Translations under genes and position numbers: made by a program
DNA from: an uncultured Spirochaetales bacterium
Lineage (GTDB): Bacteria > Spirochaetota > Spirochaetia > SPDA01 > CAZJBZ01
NCBI GenBank assembly: GCA_964594055.1
Contig: CAZQKT010000002.1
Location: 1-63,108 of the forward strand
Length of the DNA stretch: 63,108 nucleotides
Direction of reading: 5' to 3'
The notes under the pieces: generated by a model
Databases searched by the model: none
What the model was told of the DNA's origin: nothing
The model's input: the letters and a program-made list of their open reading frames with translations, nothing else
In this document: one piece after another, positions 40,190 through 50,698 of the stretch
Layout: the number at the start of each line of letters is the position of its first letter
Position numbering within the stretch: the first letter of the stretch is position 1

Positions 40190-43100
40190 ATGTTTTTTTC
40201 TGTGGGTAATCTCCTAACACTCATCATCGTTATTATTATTCTTGCCGTATATAGACAACTCGATAAAAATAATCGCTCGCTTGAGAAAGTAAAAAAATAC
40301 TCGGACAAGATAAAAGAACAGCTCGATGAGTTTGTGGAGGGCAAGACGGTCCAGCTCAAGGACCTCTCGATCGATCTTGATGTTCACCAGAAGGCAGCGA
40401 AAGAGGTATTTAAACGAATTAAAGGTTTTGAAGACGATCTTGATGAAAGGGCGGAATATGTAGAGCAGATCAAGAACAGGATCGACGGATATGACAGTGC
40501 ACTCAAGGAACTCTCTGAAATGACCGGCCGGGTCGATGAAAATTTGACCAGGCTTCAGGAAGAATCTGAGTTTGTTGATAAGGTCGGGCGGAGAGTACGA
40601 GAAGTATCTTCGAATATCGATGGGCTCGAGAAGCGGCTGCCGGAAATAGAAAACCGCTTCAGAGAGGAAAATGAAGTCCGCATGAAGCAGGCCGAAGATG
40701 AAATAATGGAATCGGTCCAACAGCGCATCGAAGGAATACAGAACACAGTCGATGAATCCGAAAAAATGGTAACCAATTTTTCGGATTATATAACCATCTT
40801 AGAGGCAAAACGTGATACTGTCCATGATAATCTCGTCGAGGACATGAGACTCTCTCTCGACGAGTATGGTGAAAAGCTCAAAGAGACCAACGAGAAAGCG
40901 CAGCAGAACATGAACGTAAACCTCGATCAGTTCAGGGAGAATATGGCCCAAATCGAACAGGATTATGACCAGCGGCTGAATCAGGTAGCAAAGCGGGGAA
41001 AAGCCCTCGAGGATGAAGTTTTCGTAACTCTCAAAGAGCATATCCAGAACAAGGCAAAAGAGGTCAAAAATGAACTGCTTTCTTCGATCTCGGAAGACCG
41101 GGAGAAAGCAGGAACACAGCGGCAGGAACTATTTGACCTCTTCGGGGAGACCCGCTCGGAAGTAACGGTTTGGAAGGCCGAGATCCGGAAGTTCGTCGAT
41201 GATACGGCTGAAGATTTCCACAATAAATATTCTGATTTCGAGACCGAAATCGAAGAGAAGACCCAGAATATGATTCGGCGGGCGGAGACGACCCAAGAGC
41301 AGCAAAAAGAGGAGCTCGATTCATTTATCGAAGAGGTAAGTTCAAAAATGGATGAGTTTGAACAGGGGATCCGCGGCCGAATGAACGAGATGGAAAATAC
41401 TCTCGAACAAAAGGAAAATGACTTCAAACAGCAGCTCGACCGCAGTGAAGAGTCCAATAAAAGTTATGCGGACTCCGTTATGGAACGGCTCGCAGGGTAT
41501 ACAAAAGGGCTCGAGAATAAGGTCAACAACATCATGCAGGATATAGAAGGAAGGATAACGGACTATGAGAACAATATAACCTACCGGTTCAACGAAATTG
41601 AAGGGATTAACGGCGATATTGACGAGCTCGAGAAGAATCTCCATACGGCTATGGAGCGGGTTACAGAGAAAATACAATCAGAGTACAATGAGTTTACCGA
41701 CCATCTAGCTGCTCAACGGGAACAAGATAAGCAGAAAGCTTTTGAGGACATCCGCTCTATCAAGAATTCGATGGGCGAACTCGAAACCAGTCTCAATGAA
41801 CTGAAGACGAGAGCGTATGATAACGTATCCGAAAAACTGCAGGTTTTTGAAGATGAATTTTTCTCGGACCTCAAAGAGAGAAGCGAGGGCATGGACCATA
41901 AATTCGATACCTGGCAGCAGGAGATACTCGATCGGCTCAAGGATTTGTCGGTAGAGTATGAGACGAAACGGGACAAGCTCGAACAGGAGTATCAAACGGA
42001 GCTGAAAGAAAAACTTGCCAATTTCCAGAATCAAGCATACGAACAGTTCGATAAGTTTGAAAATCAGCTGCACAGTTTTCAGGAAAATATCGAACAGAGG
42101 ATAAATCTAACCGAGGGCTCACTAAACAATTTTGAGCAGTCGATGAAAAACAATATCGAAGAAGCAAAAGAGAACACAAAAACCTATTTCGAAAAAGAGT
42201 TTGCCGTGTATCACACTTCGGTAAATGAACAACTCAAAAAGTTTGAACGCGAGATGGAGACGAACCTCGAAGAACTAAGCGGAGACCTGGAGAACGGCAA
42301 GAAGGACCTGCTGGGACTGTTAGAAGCGGCAAAATCGGATGTAACAGTCTGGCAGGCAAAGGTGCTCCAGCAGATGCAGGAAGCCGAGTCGGATGTGCGG
42401 GAGCAGTTTACCAGTTTCAAGACGGAAGCAAATACCAATATAAGTGAGATCAAAGATGATTTTGCCTTGCAGCGGGAAGAGCTGATTCTCTCAACCCGGG
42501 AAGAACGGGATGCGATGAAGAAAGAACTCAAAAATATTGATGATAGAGTAACTGCTCTCCACGAAGAGTTAAGGCGAAAGAGCGAAAGCGCTCTGGAGAA
42601 CTTTCACAAAGACTATGATACTTTCATGTCGGAGTTTCAGAAAAAAACCAGAGACGTTCAGCTCGAACTCGACCAGCGTATAAAGGACTTCCGAGTTGCC
42701 GTGCAGGATACTAGGGAAAAGATTGACGGGGTCCAGAAAAAACTGGGCGAAAAGATCGATGAAAGCCACAAGACACTGAGTGTCAATCTCGAGGAAATCG
42801 AGAAAAAACAGAAAAACTTTGTCAATCAGACCAAGATTTTTGAACGCGCGGACTCTCTAAAAGCAACACTTCAACAGAACATCGAAGATTTGCGGAATGA
42901 GATAACGTCTGTCGAAGCTCAAACCAAGGAAATAAAAGAGGCGGAGCGGAAATTCGAAAAAATCAAAAAACTCGGAGATGAGGTTTCGGCAAAATTGACC
43001 CGGTTTCTCTCCGAAAAACGTAGAATTGAGGAGATGGAGGGGGATTTCAAAAAACTCATCAATATGTCTCAGGCGGTTGACCTCAAACTCGACCAGGTTA

Positions 43101-43708
43101 CCGGAAGCCACGATGAACTGCAGCAGATACAGGCCGAAATACGGCATCTCAGTGAACTCGAAAAAGATGTTATGCAGAAGTACGAGCGGCTCGAAGAAAA
43201 GCAGAATATCATAGAAACCACGATGCAGGGCGTGGATAAGAACTTTCAGCAGCTCGAGACAATCGAAAAAGATGTACGCACTATCGAAAACAATCTTGAA
43301 AACATGCCGAAACAGCTCAATGAAGTCTCACAAACCATCGAGTATCTCTCGGAGAACAAGAGTCGTGCCGACAATGCCGTGGAGCGGCTGGAAAGCCTTG
43401 AATCGTTGATGTCTGAAGTCGAAGAGAGAATTAATGTCATGCAGAAGGCGCGGGAGTGGCTGGCCCGAACCGAGACCCGTTTAGAGAAAATCAGTAAACA
43501 GGCGGAAGACCAGGTGAAGCTTCTCGGCGACCTTATCAAAGAGAGCAATAATGACAAGGGCAAAGGGGAAGGCGCACCTCCGGCAAAAGTGCGGGACATG
43601 GTGGTAAAATTAGCTCGTCAGGGATGGGGAGTTAAAGAAATTGCCCAAACAACAAAACTGAGCCGGGGTGAGGTGGAATTGATTCTAGAGCTGCTACCAA
43701 AAACGTAA
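40190..43708 (+). CDS. membrane-anchored giant coiled-coil protein with a C-terminal HTH-like domain
   Basis: 1172 aa. N-terminal TM (LLTLIIVIIILAVY). About 1050 aa are E/K/Q/L-rich with heptad-like pattern. The motif S(E/D)VTVW(K/Q)A occurs twice (nt ~41157 and ~42335). The C-terminus VRDMVVKLARQGWGVKEIAQTTKLSRGEVELILELL is HTH-like. No Walker A seen by eye. Confidence 0.8.
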   Translation: MFFSVGNLLTLIIVIIILAVYRQLDKNNRSLEKVKKYSDKIKEQLDEFVEGKTVQLKDLSIDLDVHQKAAKEVFKRIKGFEDDLDERAEYVEQIKNRIDGYDSALKELSEMTGRVDENLTRLQEESEFVDKVGRRVREVSSNIDGLEKRLPEIENRFREENEVRMKQAEDEIMESVQQRIEGIQNTVDESEKMVTNFSDYITILEAKRDTVHDNLVEDMRLSLDEYGEKLKETNEKAQQNMNVNLDQFRENMAQIEQDYDQRLNQVAKRGKALEDEVFVTLKEHIQNKAKEVKNELLSSISEDREKAGTQRQELFDLFGETRSEVTVWKAEIRKFVDDTAEDFHNKYSDFETEIEEKTQNMIRRAETTQEQQKEELDSFIEEVSSKMDEFEQGIRGRMNEMENTLEQKENDFKQQLDRSEESNKSYADSVMERLAGYTKGLENKVNNIMQDIEGRITDYENNITYRFNEIEGINGDIDELEKNLHTAMERVTEKIQSEYNEFTDHLAAQREQDKQKAFEDIRSIKNSMGELETSLNELKTRAYDNVSEKLQVFEDEFFSDLKERSEGMDHKFDTWQQEILDRLKDLSVEYETKRDKLEQEYQTELKEKLANFQNQAYEQFDKFENQLHSFQENIEQRINLTEGSLNNFEQSMKNNIEEAKENTKTYFEKEFAVYHTSVNEQLKKFEREMETNLEELSGDLENGKKDLLGLLEAAKSDVTVWQAKVLQQMQEAESDVREQFTSFKTEANTNISEIKDDFALQREELILSTREERDAMKKELKNIDDRVTALHEELRRKSESALENFHKDYDTFMSEFQKKTRDVQLELDQRIKDFRVAVQDTREKIDGVQKKLGEKIDESHKTLSVNLEEIEKKQKNFVNQTKIFERADSLKATLQQNIEDLRNEITSVEAQTKEIKEAERKFEKIKKLGDEVSAKLTRFLSEKRRIEEMEGDFKKLINMSQAVDLKLDQVTGSHDELQQIQAEIRHLSELEKDVMQKYERLEEKQNIIETTMQGVDKNFQQLETIEKDVRTIENNLENMPKQLNEVSQTIEYLSENKSRADNAVERLESLESLMSEVEERINVMQKAREWLARTETRLEKISKQAEDQVKLLGDLIKESNNDKGKGEGAPPAKVRDMVVKLARQGWGVKEIAQTTKLSRGEVELILELLPKT

Positions 43709-43709
43709 G

Positions 43710-43737
43710 CAGCGGTCAATCTACCTCTTTACCGCTG
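43710..43737. terminator. hairpin between convergent genes (bidirectional terminator candidate)
   Basis: CAGCGGT, a 14-nt loop, then ACCGCTG. It lies between the stop of the coiled-coil gene (43708) and the stop of the minus-strand gene (43740). The U-tract is weak. Confidence 0.35.
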
Positions 43738-43739
43738 TC

Positions 43740-44672
43740 TTACACGCTGATTTTGTCGATCTTTTCTGCCAGTGTAAGAATCTTTTCTCCGGCTGCCAGA
43801 TCTTCGAGCCATGCCTGCGGCAGTGCGTCGTATCCATGATATGCCCCGAGCACCATTCCGACAATCAGTCCCCGTGCAGCTGAATCACCGCCCGCACCGG
43901 CATTTTGAATGAGTGCTTCTTGCAGATCATCCTGGTAGGTTACGATGAGATGGATCGTTCCCGGGAACAGCTTTTCGACAGGACAGGCCTGTCCAAACGT
44001 GGCGATTGTCTCCCGTGAATCAGCCCCTTTGCTCTCCATGCCTGCAGCGGCCCATTCCCGAAGCGCGCTCGATTCGGGGAGAGCATTTATTGTCGCTTCG
44101 AGACTTTCTTCTACACGCTTGCCTCCGAGTATCGATAAGACCAATTCTGCAAAAAAACCGCTGCTGTGCACGACGTTCTCGTTATTGTGCGTAGCTTCTG
44201 TCTGCTCCCTGCAGGTTTGTACTGTTTTGTTCCTGTCAGGTGCGAACCGGTAGATAAGGGGAGCAATACGGGCTGCACCGCCTAAATCGTGCGAAAGAGA
44301 GGCAGCTTCGCTTCCTTGCTTCCCCTCGTCGAGGTTTTTCACCGTATCTTTTGTGGCATGGTCCATGTAGCCGTCATACGAGCGCATGTAATCGGCCCAG
44401 CTGAGAAGAAAGTCGTTTTTTATGAAATCTGTATGTTCACGAAGATACTCGAGGAGAAAAAGGGTCTGATCGCCATAATGGGTAAACTCGCCCTTGCCCC
44501 GGTTGGGATGAAACCTGTTTACAATGGGAGCTATCAGTTCCTCAACCCTTCCCACTTTTTTATCGATAGCTCTTGTATTGTAGACCCAATGCACACCGAG
44601 GGAGTGTGAATCACCTAAAAAAGAGCCCAAAAGCATGCCCTTTTTCTTTTCTTTTGGTAGTGTATTACTCAT
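43740..44672 (-). CDS. ADP-ribosylglycohydrolase-family protein
   Basis: 310 aa (LLGSFLGDSHSLGVHWVY.., GGDSAARGLIVGMVLGAYHG), typical of the ARH/DraG fold. Confidence 0.85.
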   Translation of the reverse strand: MSNTLPKEKKKGMLLGSFLGDSHSLGVHWVYNTRAIDKKVGRVEELIAPIVNRFHPNRGKGEFTHYGDQTLFLLEYLREHTDFIKNDFLLSWADYMRSYDGYMDHATKDTVKNLDEGKQGSEAASLSHDLGGAARIAPLIYRFAPDRNKTVQTCREQTEATHNNENVVHSSGFFAELVLSILGGKRVEESLEATINALPESSALREWAAAGMESKGADSRETIATFGQACPVEKLFPGTIHLIVTYQDDLQEALIQNAGAGGDSAARGLIVGMVLGAYHGYDALPQAWLEDLAAGEKILTLAEKIDKISV

Positions 44673-44682
44673 ACTTTCTAAG

Positions 44683-46041
44683 TTAAAAAGATCCGCTGCC
44701 GAGTGTCAAATAAAATCCAAACCCAAAATTGGTTGCATCGGGCGAAAACTCTCCCCCCGGTTCGCCAAACTCCATCGGTACCGAGATGCCGATTTCCAAA
44801 TACTGAAACGGACTCCAGGACAGCGTAGGGATAACCTTAGCGGATGGCGCGGAAAGGCCCACAATTCCCGTAACCGAAGGAGTGAGTCCCGTATTAAACA
44901 GTTCCCATTCTAAAAGGCCCGCAACATAGTGCTCTCCCCTGTAGAGAAGCTCCTCTTCGGTAACCCGTTCTTGAATGAGAAGGAGGTCCAGCCCCCCGTT
45001 TTCAATGACGGATTCACTGCCGGAACCAAATCCGTTGTAATAATATTCTGCTCGAGCGGTCAGCTTAAGAGTCGGCTCCCGGAATTTTGCGCCTGTAGAA
45101 GAGGAGAAGAAAACCTTTTCATCCCTCTGTACGACACTGATCCCTTGGGGAAAGATTGTACTGCTGTCGCTCTCTTCGAGTAGATTTCGGCGTGTTCCGT
45201 AGGTTATTACCCCCTGTGTGTATATATCGAAATGCCACAGTTCCAGCGTTACGGAGATCGAAGGATTGATCCCTTCATCAATCTGATAGTACGCGCCCGC
45301 CTCTACTGTTACCGGAGAGATGTCGAGGACCACTTTTGGCGCAATGCCCACTTCATGCGGGTCTAGAGCATTTTCAGTAGAAACATAAAAGGAAATTTCA
45401 AGGATGGAGAATGGGACCTGAATCATTGCAAAAACAGGGCCTTCCGGATCGGCTTCTGGATCTAAGGGGTCGATGTAGCCGGGATTGATAACATCCGCCG
45501 GATTGAAAAAATATCCCCTGCCCCAAGGTATCCGGGTTTTGCCGACTTGAAAATAGAGAATGTTTTTCCAGTCGAATTGGGAATACAGCTCGGTTACGAC
45601 GATATTATTTGCGACGAAAGAGTGGTCCGGAAGCTGCTCATTGAGATCGGTTTCTACATTAAAAGGGTAGAACAGTTTTACATTCCCGAAAGCTCTGAAA
45701 TGGGGATTGGGCCGGGCGTCGAAGTTGAGATTTGCTCCTAAATCGATGAGGAGTTCGTCTTCATCAGGAGAAAACAGCTGCTCGGGTTGCGAGATTTCGT
45801 CATTCCACTCCCAGAGGGCTGTAAAAGTAGAGAAAAAGGAGCCCCCGAAAGAAATTGAGCCGGTATCTTCTGTTTCCATGGTATCGCCGTCAATGTCCCC
45901 TCCGTCAACGTTTGCTCCGTCAACATTGTCTCCCTCAACACTGTCTCCGTCAGCTGCCGATACCCCGTGAACAAAAAGGAGGGCGAATATGACGAACAAC
46001 AACACTGTCCATTTTCCGCAAAACGGCGAGTATTTTTGCAT
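44683..46041 (-). CDS. putative outer-membrane beta-barrel protein with N-terminal D/G-rich pentapeptide repeats
   Basis: 452 aa. Signal peptide (WTVLLFVIFALLFVHGVSA). Repeats VEGDN-VDGAN-VDGGD-IDGDT. Alternating hydrophobic pattern, aromatic-rich, with a C-terminal ..LTLGSGSF ending in Phe. Confidence 0.65.
   Translation of the reverse strand: MQKYSPFCGKWTVLLFVIFALLFVHGVSAADGDSVEGDNVDGANVDGGDIDGDTMETEDTGSISFGGSFFSTFTALWEWNDEISQPEQLFSPDEDELLIDLGANLNFDARPNPHFRAFGNVKLFYPFNVETDLNEQLPDHSFVANNIVVTELYSQFDWKNILYFQVGKTRIPWGRGYFFNPADVINPGYIDPLDPEADPEGPVFAMIQVPFSILEISFYVSTENALDPHEVGIAPKVVLDISPVTVEAGAYYQIDEGINPSISVTLELWHFDIYTQGVITYGTRRNLLEESDSSTIFPQGISVVQRDEKVFFSSSTGAKFREPTLKLTARAEYYYNGFGSGSESVIENGGLDLLLIQERVTEEELLYRGEHYVAGLLEWELFNTGLTPSVTGIVGLSAPSAKVIPTLSWSPFQYLEIGISVPMEFGEPGGEFSPDATNFGFGFYLTLGSGSF
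45889..45948 (-). repeat. imperfect 15-nt tandem repeat x4 inside the OMP-like gene
   Basis: Plus-strand units GTCAATGTCCCCTCC / GTCAACGTTTGCTCC / GTCAACATTGTCTCC / CTCAACACTGTCTCC. They encode the D/G pentapeptide repeats. Confidence 0.8.
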
Positions 46042-46188
46042 AAATAACTCCTTTTGCTTTGCAGTATATGGATTTTTTATTATTTTTTCTATAAGTAGAA
46101 GTGCATAATGTGATAAAACCCAAAAAGCTTGACGCTACACAAAGTCAATTAGTATTTTAACGTAAGCCAAATCTAAACAGAGGAACAC

Positions 46189-46788
46189 ATGCCAAAGAAG
46201 GAAGAGGTAAATACAACAACAACTGCCGAAGAGAATAAAGCTAAAAGCGAAGAGCAGTCTGACGGCAGCGAAAAAAATACAGTCGATCGGGAAAAACAGG
46301 AGCTGGAAAACCGGGTCAAGGAACTCGAAGAAGAGAACAGCTCATTAAAAGATCAATATTTAAGAAAACAGGCCGATTTCGAGAATTTTAGAAAAAGGAT
46401 GCAGAGGGAGAAGCAGGATGCAATTCAATTTGCAAACTCGAATCTTCTTCTCGATCTGGTGACGATCATTGACGATTTTGAGCGGGCCATAAAGGCCGGC
46501 GGGGATTCTGAAGATCTCGAGTCTTTCCGGCAGGGTATCGAACTTATTGAAAAGCAACTTACCGGAATGCTTGAACGCAAATGGGGCCTGAAACGGTTCG
46601 ACTCGACAGGTGAAGAGTTTGATCCGGAAAAACACGAAGCTATCATGACCGAAGAGACGGAAGATGATACTTCGAAAGTACTGGAGGATTTTTTAAAGGG
46701 ATATTATCTCCACGATAGAGTGCTCCGACATGCGAAAGTAAAAGTCTCAATGCCGAAAAAAGAAGAATCTGAAGAGGAGAAAGAATAA
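46189..46788 (+). CDS. grpE: nucleotide exchange factor GrpE
   Basis: 199 aa ([14 protein letters not shown].., [14 protein letters not shown]). Confidence 0.96.
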   Translation: MPKKEEVNTTTTAEENKAKSEEQSDGSEKNTVDREKQELENRVKELEEENSSLKDQYLRKQADFENFRKRMQREKQDAIQFANSNLLLDLVTIIDDFERAIKAGGDSEDLESFRQGIELIEKQLTGMLERKWGLKRFDSTGEEFDPEKHEAIMTEETEDDTSKVLEDFLKGYYLHDRVLRHAKVKVSMPKKEESEEEKE

Positions 46789-48761
46789 TGGGTAGGATAA
46801 TTGGAATCGATCTTGGTACGACAAACTCATGTGTTGCTGTGATGGAGGGGGGAGAAGCTACCGTCATACAAAATTCTGAAGGACAACGCACTACTCCATC
46901 CATCGTTGCATTTACCGGCAAGGGTGAACGGCTCATTGGGCAACCTGCAAAAAACCAGATGGTCACCAATCCGGAAAATACAATCTACTCCATAAAACGG
47001 TTTACGGGCAGAAGGTTTAATGAAGTGCCTGAAGAGATCAGAATGGTGCCGTATAAAATTGTGGAATCCGAAAACGGAGATGTTATGGTCGAAGTCCACG
47101 ATAAAAAGAACTCTCCTCAGGAAATAGCAGCTGCCGTACTGCAGAAAATGAAAAAAACGGCCGAAGACTATCTCGGTGAAAAAGTGACCGAGGCAGTTAT
47201 TACCGTACCTGCATATTTTAACGATTCCCAGCGCCAGGCGACCAAGGATGCCGGTAAGATAGCCGGACTCGATGTCAAGAGGATCGTAAATGAACCCACA
47301 GCAGCTTCGCTTGCCTATGGCTTCGGAAAAGCGCAGAAAGAGGAAAAAATTGCTGTCTATGACCTCGGCGGCGGTACCTTTGATATTTCTATTCTCGAAC
47401 TCGGCGACGGTGTATTCGAAGTGAAATCGACAAACGGAGATACCCATCTCGGTGGGGACAATTTTGATCAGCGGGTAATCGATTGGCTTATTCAGACTTT
47501 CAAGAATGACTACGGAATAGACCTTGCCCAGGACAGAATGGCACTTCAGAGACTAAAAGAGGCGGCTGAAAAGGCAAAAATAGAACTTTCCAGCACGCAG
47601 AGCACTGAAATCAATCTTCCCTTTATAACAGCAGATCAATCGGGTCCAAAACATCTTCAGTATACCCTTTCCCGGTCCAAGTTCGAACAGATGACCGAAG
47701 ATCTGGTCAATAAAACCAGAGAACCGTGCGAAAAAGCATTACAGGATGCAGGATTACAAGCCTCGGATATTGATCAGATTATTCTCGTCGGCGGATCGAC
47801 GAGAATTCCGGCCGTCCAGGCAATTGTACAAGAGCTGTTTAAAAGGGAACCTCACAGAGGAGTTAATCCGGATGAGGTAGTAGCTATGGGCGCTGCAATT
47901 CAGGGCGGTATTTTAGGCGGAGACGTCAAAGATGTTCTCCTCCTCGATGTTACTCCACTTTCATTAGGTATTGAGACATTAGGTGGGGTTTTTACCAAAT
48001 TGATTGAGAGAAATACAACCATCCCTACCCGAAAGAGCCAGGTCTTCTCTACAGCTGCTGATAATCAGACTGCAGTTTCCATTCATGTTCTCCAGGGCGA
48101 GCGGGAGATGGCTTCACAGAATAGGACCTTAGGACGTTTCGACTTGGTCGGGATACCTCCTGCACCGCGAGGGGTGCCTCAAATCGAAGTAACCTTCGAT
48201 ATTGATGCAAACGGCATCGTCCATGTGTCCGCCAAAGATTTAGGAACCGGAAAAGAACAGAAAATCAGAATTGAATCTTCCTCAGGCCTTTCTGAAGAAG
48301 ATATAAATAAGATGGTAAAAGAAGCTGAGGCCCATGCGGAAGAGGACAAACGGGAAAAAGAGAAGATCGAAGCGAAAAACGAAGCAGACAGTCTCATCTA
48401 CGCGACGGAGAAATCTCTTAAAGACTACGGTGATAAAGTAGACGAAGGCGAAAAGAAAAAAATCGAGGACGCTATTGCAGATCTGCGCGGGGTACTGGAT
48501 TCAGGAGATGTTGCCGGCATGAAAGAAAAAATCGAGACCCTCAAACAAGCATCCTATAAATTAGCGGAAGAAGTATATAAAACATCTCAAGCTCAGGGAG
48601 GCGCTGAACAGGCGGGAGAGGCCGCCGGAACAGGTGCGGCAGGACCGGAAGAGGCAGGTGCCGGGGAAGCCGGTCAATCCGGGACGGAGAGTAGTGAGAA
48701 GAGTAATGTTGAAGACGTTGATTATGAAGTCGTTGATGATGAAGAAGAAAGTTCTTCATAA
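46788..48761 (+). CDS. dnaK: molecular chaperone DnaK (Hsp70)
   Basis: 657 aa ([37 protein letters not shown]). The ATG overlaps the grpE stop. Confidence 0.99.
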   Translation: MGRIIGIDLGTTNSCVAVMEGGEATVIQNSEGQRTTPSIVAFTGKGERLIGQPAKNQMVTNPENTIYSIKRFTGRRFNEVPEEIRMVPYKIVESENGDVMVEVHDKKNSPQEIAAAVLQKMKKTAEDYLGEKVTEAVITVPAYFNDSQRQATKDAGKIAGLDVKRIVNEPTAASLAYGFGKAQKEEKIAVYDLGGGTFDISILELGDGVFEVKSTNGDTHLGGDNFDQRVIDWLIQTFKNDYGIDLAQDRMALQRLKEAAEKAKIELSSTQSTEINLPFITADQSGPKHLQYTLSRSKFEQMTEDLVNKTREPCEKALQDAGLQASDIDQIILVGGSTRIPAVQAIVQELFKREPHRGVNPDEVVAMGAAIQGGILGGDVKDVLLLDVTPLSLGIETLGGVFTKLIERNTTIPTRKSQVFSTAADNQTAVSIHVLQGEREMASQNRTLGRFDLVGIPPAPRGVPQIEVTFDIDANGIVHVSAKDLGTGKEQKIRIESSSGLSEEDINKMVKEAEAHAEEDKREKEKIEAKNEADSLIYATEKSLKDYGDKVDEGEKKKIEDAIADLRGVLDSGDVAGMKEKIETLKQASYKLAEEVYKTSQAQGGAEQAGEAAGTGAAGPEEAGAGEAGQSGTESSEKSNVEDVDYEVVDDEEESSS

Positions 48762-48777
48762 ATAAAGAGATGTAGGT

Positions 48778-49905
48778 GTGGCTAAAAGAGATTACTACGA
48801 AGTGCTAGGAGTTCCGAAAGGGGCCTCTAAAGAAGAAATTAAGAAAGCGTATCGGAAACTCGCCATACAGTACCATCCCGACCGCAACAAAGGCGATCAG
48901 GAGTCGGAAGAGAAATTCAAAGAGGCTTCCGAAGCCTATGAGGTGTTAGGGGATGAGAAGAAGCGCCAGGCCTACGATCAATTCGGTTTTGCAGGTGTCG
49001 AGGGTATGGGCGGCGGCGGGGCCCAGGATTTTTCTTCCGTTTTCAGGGATTTTGAAGATATTTTTGGGGATTTCGGCGGTATCTTCGACAGTTTTTTTGG
49101 AGGAGGACGCTCTCGGCGCTCCACTAGACGGGACAGTGCCCAGAGAGGCCATGATCTACGCTACGATTTAGAGATTGAATTTTCGGAAGCTGTGTTCGGG
49201 GCAAAAAAAGAAATTTCATACACCCGGAATGTGGCTTGTTCCGCCTGTAATGGATCGGGTGCGGAAAAAGGAAGCGGGAAAAAGATGTGCCCCACCTGCG
49301 GGGGGAGCGGCCAGGTACGAAGAAGCTCAGGCTTTTTCTCCATAGCTTCGACGTGCCCCACCTGCAGCGGAGAAGGATATGTCATCGAGAACCCTTGCAA
49401 TAACTGCAATGGTACCGGACTGGTACAGAAAAAGCAGAAGATAAAAGTTACAATACCGCCGGGAATTGCCGGCGGTAAGCGGATTAACATTCCGGAACAA
49501 GGCGAGGCAGGGCCGAACGGCGGTCCCTACGGTGACCTCTATGTGTATATTACGGTTAAACCGCACGAATTCTTCGAACGGGACGAAAATGATGTCTACT
49601 GTGTTGTCCCGATTTCAATCACCCAGGCGACACTGGGTGCTGAAATTTTTGTCTCTACACTCGATACGAAAAGAATTAAGTTAAAAATTCCCGCCGGTAC
49701 TCAAAACGGCAAGATATTCCGCATCAGAAACGAGGGGGTACCCTATCTGCACAATGCTAATAGACGAGGGGATTTTTATATAAAGATTTTAGTCGAGGTC
49801 CCCGATAAGTTGTCTTCAAAGGCAAAGAACCTTATGAAGGAACTCTCTTCGGTTATAGGAGAGGAGAATAATCCGGAGCCAATGCGGCTGTCGGAACTAC
49901 GGTAG
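48778..49905 (+). CDS. dnaJ: molecular chaperone DnaJ
   Basis: GTG start, 375 aa: J domain (YHPDRNK), G/F region, and four CxxCxGxG zinc motifs. Confidence 0.97.
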   Translation: MAKRDYYEVLGVPKGASKEEIKKAYRKLAIQYHPDRNKGDQESEEKFKEASEAYEVLGDEKKRQAYDQFGFAGVEGMGGGGAQDFSSVFRDFEDIFGDFGGIFDSFFGGGRSRRSTRRDSAQRGHDLRYDLEIEFSEAVFGAKKEISYTRNVACSACNGSGAEKGSGKKMCPTCGGSGQVRRSSGFFSIASTCPTCSGEGYVIENPCNNCNGTGLVQKKQKIKVTIPPGIAGGKRINIPEQGEAGPNGGPYGDLYVYITVKPHEFFERDENDVYCVVPISITQATLGAEIFVSTLDTKRIKLKIPAGTQNGKIFRIRNEGVPYLHNANRRGDFYIKILVEVPDKLSSKAKNLMKELSSVIGEENNPEPMRLSELR

Positions 49906-49939
49906 TGAACCGAATGTCATGTAACGTGGTTGTTTCAGA

Positions 49940-50632
49940 ATGCATTACGATGAGCCTACGATCGTAACCGGACTGGAGCTGCACAGACAGCTGCTTACCG
50001 TTAAAGGGCTGCTGCTCCCCGGGTTCAGTCATACAATGCGCAATGTTCTCTCTAACATTAAAATGTGCCGCGACCACCTTAGTATCACTGAAGACTGCGA
50101 TACAAAAACCGAACTTCTTGCAGATATCGATAAACAAATCGAATTCGCCTCTCAGACCGTCCTCAAATTGATGGACACTGCAGTTTCAGACTACGGAAGA
50201 CAGAAAGTGGTGCTGCATGTACCGGATGATATTGCGTTTCATCGTAGACTTCTCCGTACCGTTTGCAGAAAGGAACAAGTCTCCTATGTAGACCTAACCG
50301 GAGAATCATTTCCGATAACAGCGGATCCTACAGATGTGCTGCTGATGCTCGGGGAGTATGTAACTGCAGTGGTCCTCGACAGCCCCTCTCTTTCTGAGGA
50401 AAATCGCATCGTCACACTACTGACGAAACGTACCGAGACAGCCGGGTATCTTATCGCATCAGGACCTCTCTTACCGAGTTGGAAGGGTGTCCCGAATAAC
50501 CGGCGCCTCCCTCTATCGAATGCACTGGCAAGGAAAACCGGCTGTACCGTCTCGATAGGAGCTCAGGACCACGACGCCGAAAGAGTGGATGTCCGGTATC
50601 GGTTCCCTTTGCAACAAGGTTTGACGCAGTAG
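49940..50632 (+). CDS. histidine-kinase-like protein with an H-box but degenerate ATP-binding motifs
   Basis: 230 aa. GFSHTMRNVLSNI resembles the DHp H-box. The region expected to hold the N box reads MLGEYVTAVVLDS (no Asn). No DxGxG or GxGxG boxes were seen by eye. The start codon lacks an obvious RBS. Confidence 0.6.
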   Translation: MHYDEPTIVTGLELHRQLLTVKGLLLPGFSHTMRNVLSNIKMCRDHLSITEDCDTKTELLADIDKQIEFASQTVLKLMDTAVSDYGRQKVVLHVPDDIAFHRRLLRTVCRKEQVSYVDLTGESFPITADPTDVLLMLGEYVTAVVLDSPSLSEENRIVTLLTKRTETAGYLIASGPLLPSWKGVPNNRRLPLSNALARKTGCTVSIGAQDHDAERVDVRYRFPLQQGLTQ

Positions 50633-50698
50633 AAAGCAGAAAAAAAAGCTTGCAAAATAGGTATTTGTACCTGATTATTATACGGAGGATGGTGCAGC

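Noticed and set aside
46042-46188. Search for a CIRCE operator (TTAGCACTC-N9-GAGTGCTAA) or a sigma32-type promoter upstream of grpE-dnaK-dnaJ
   Set aside because: No CIRCE-like inverted repeat is present and hrcA is not adjacent. There is only an ambiguous TTGACG with several possible -10 hexamers (spacing 15-18 nt). A lone GTGCTAA half-site near 30893 (the rny promoter) has no partner.
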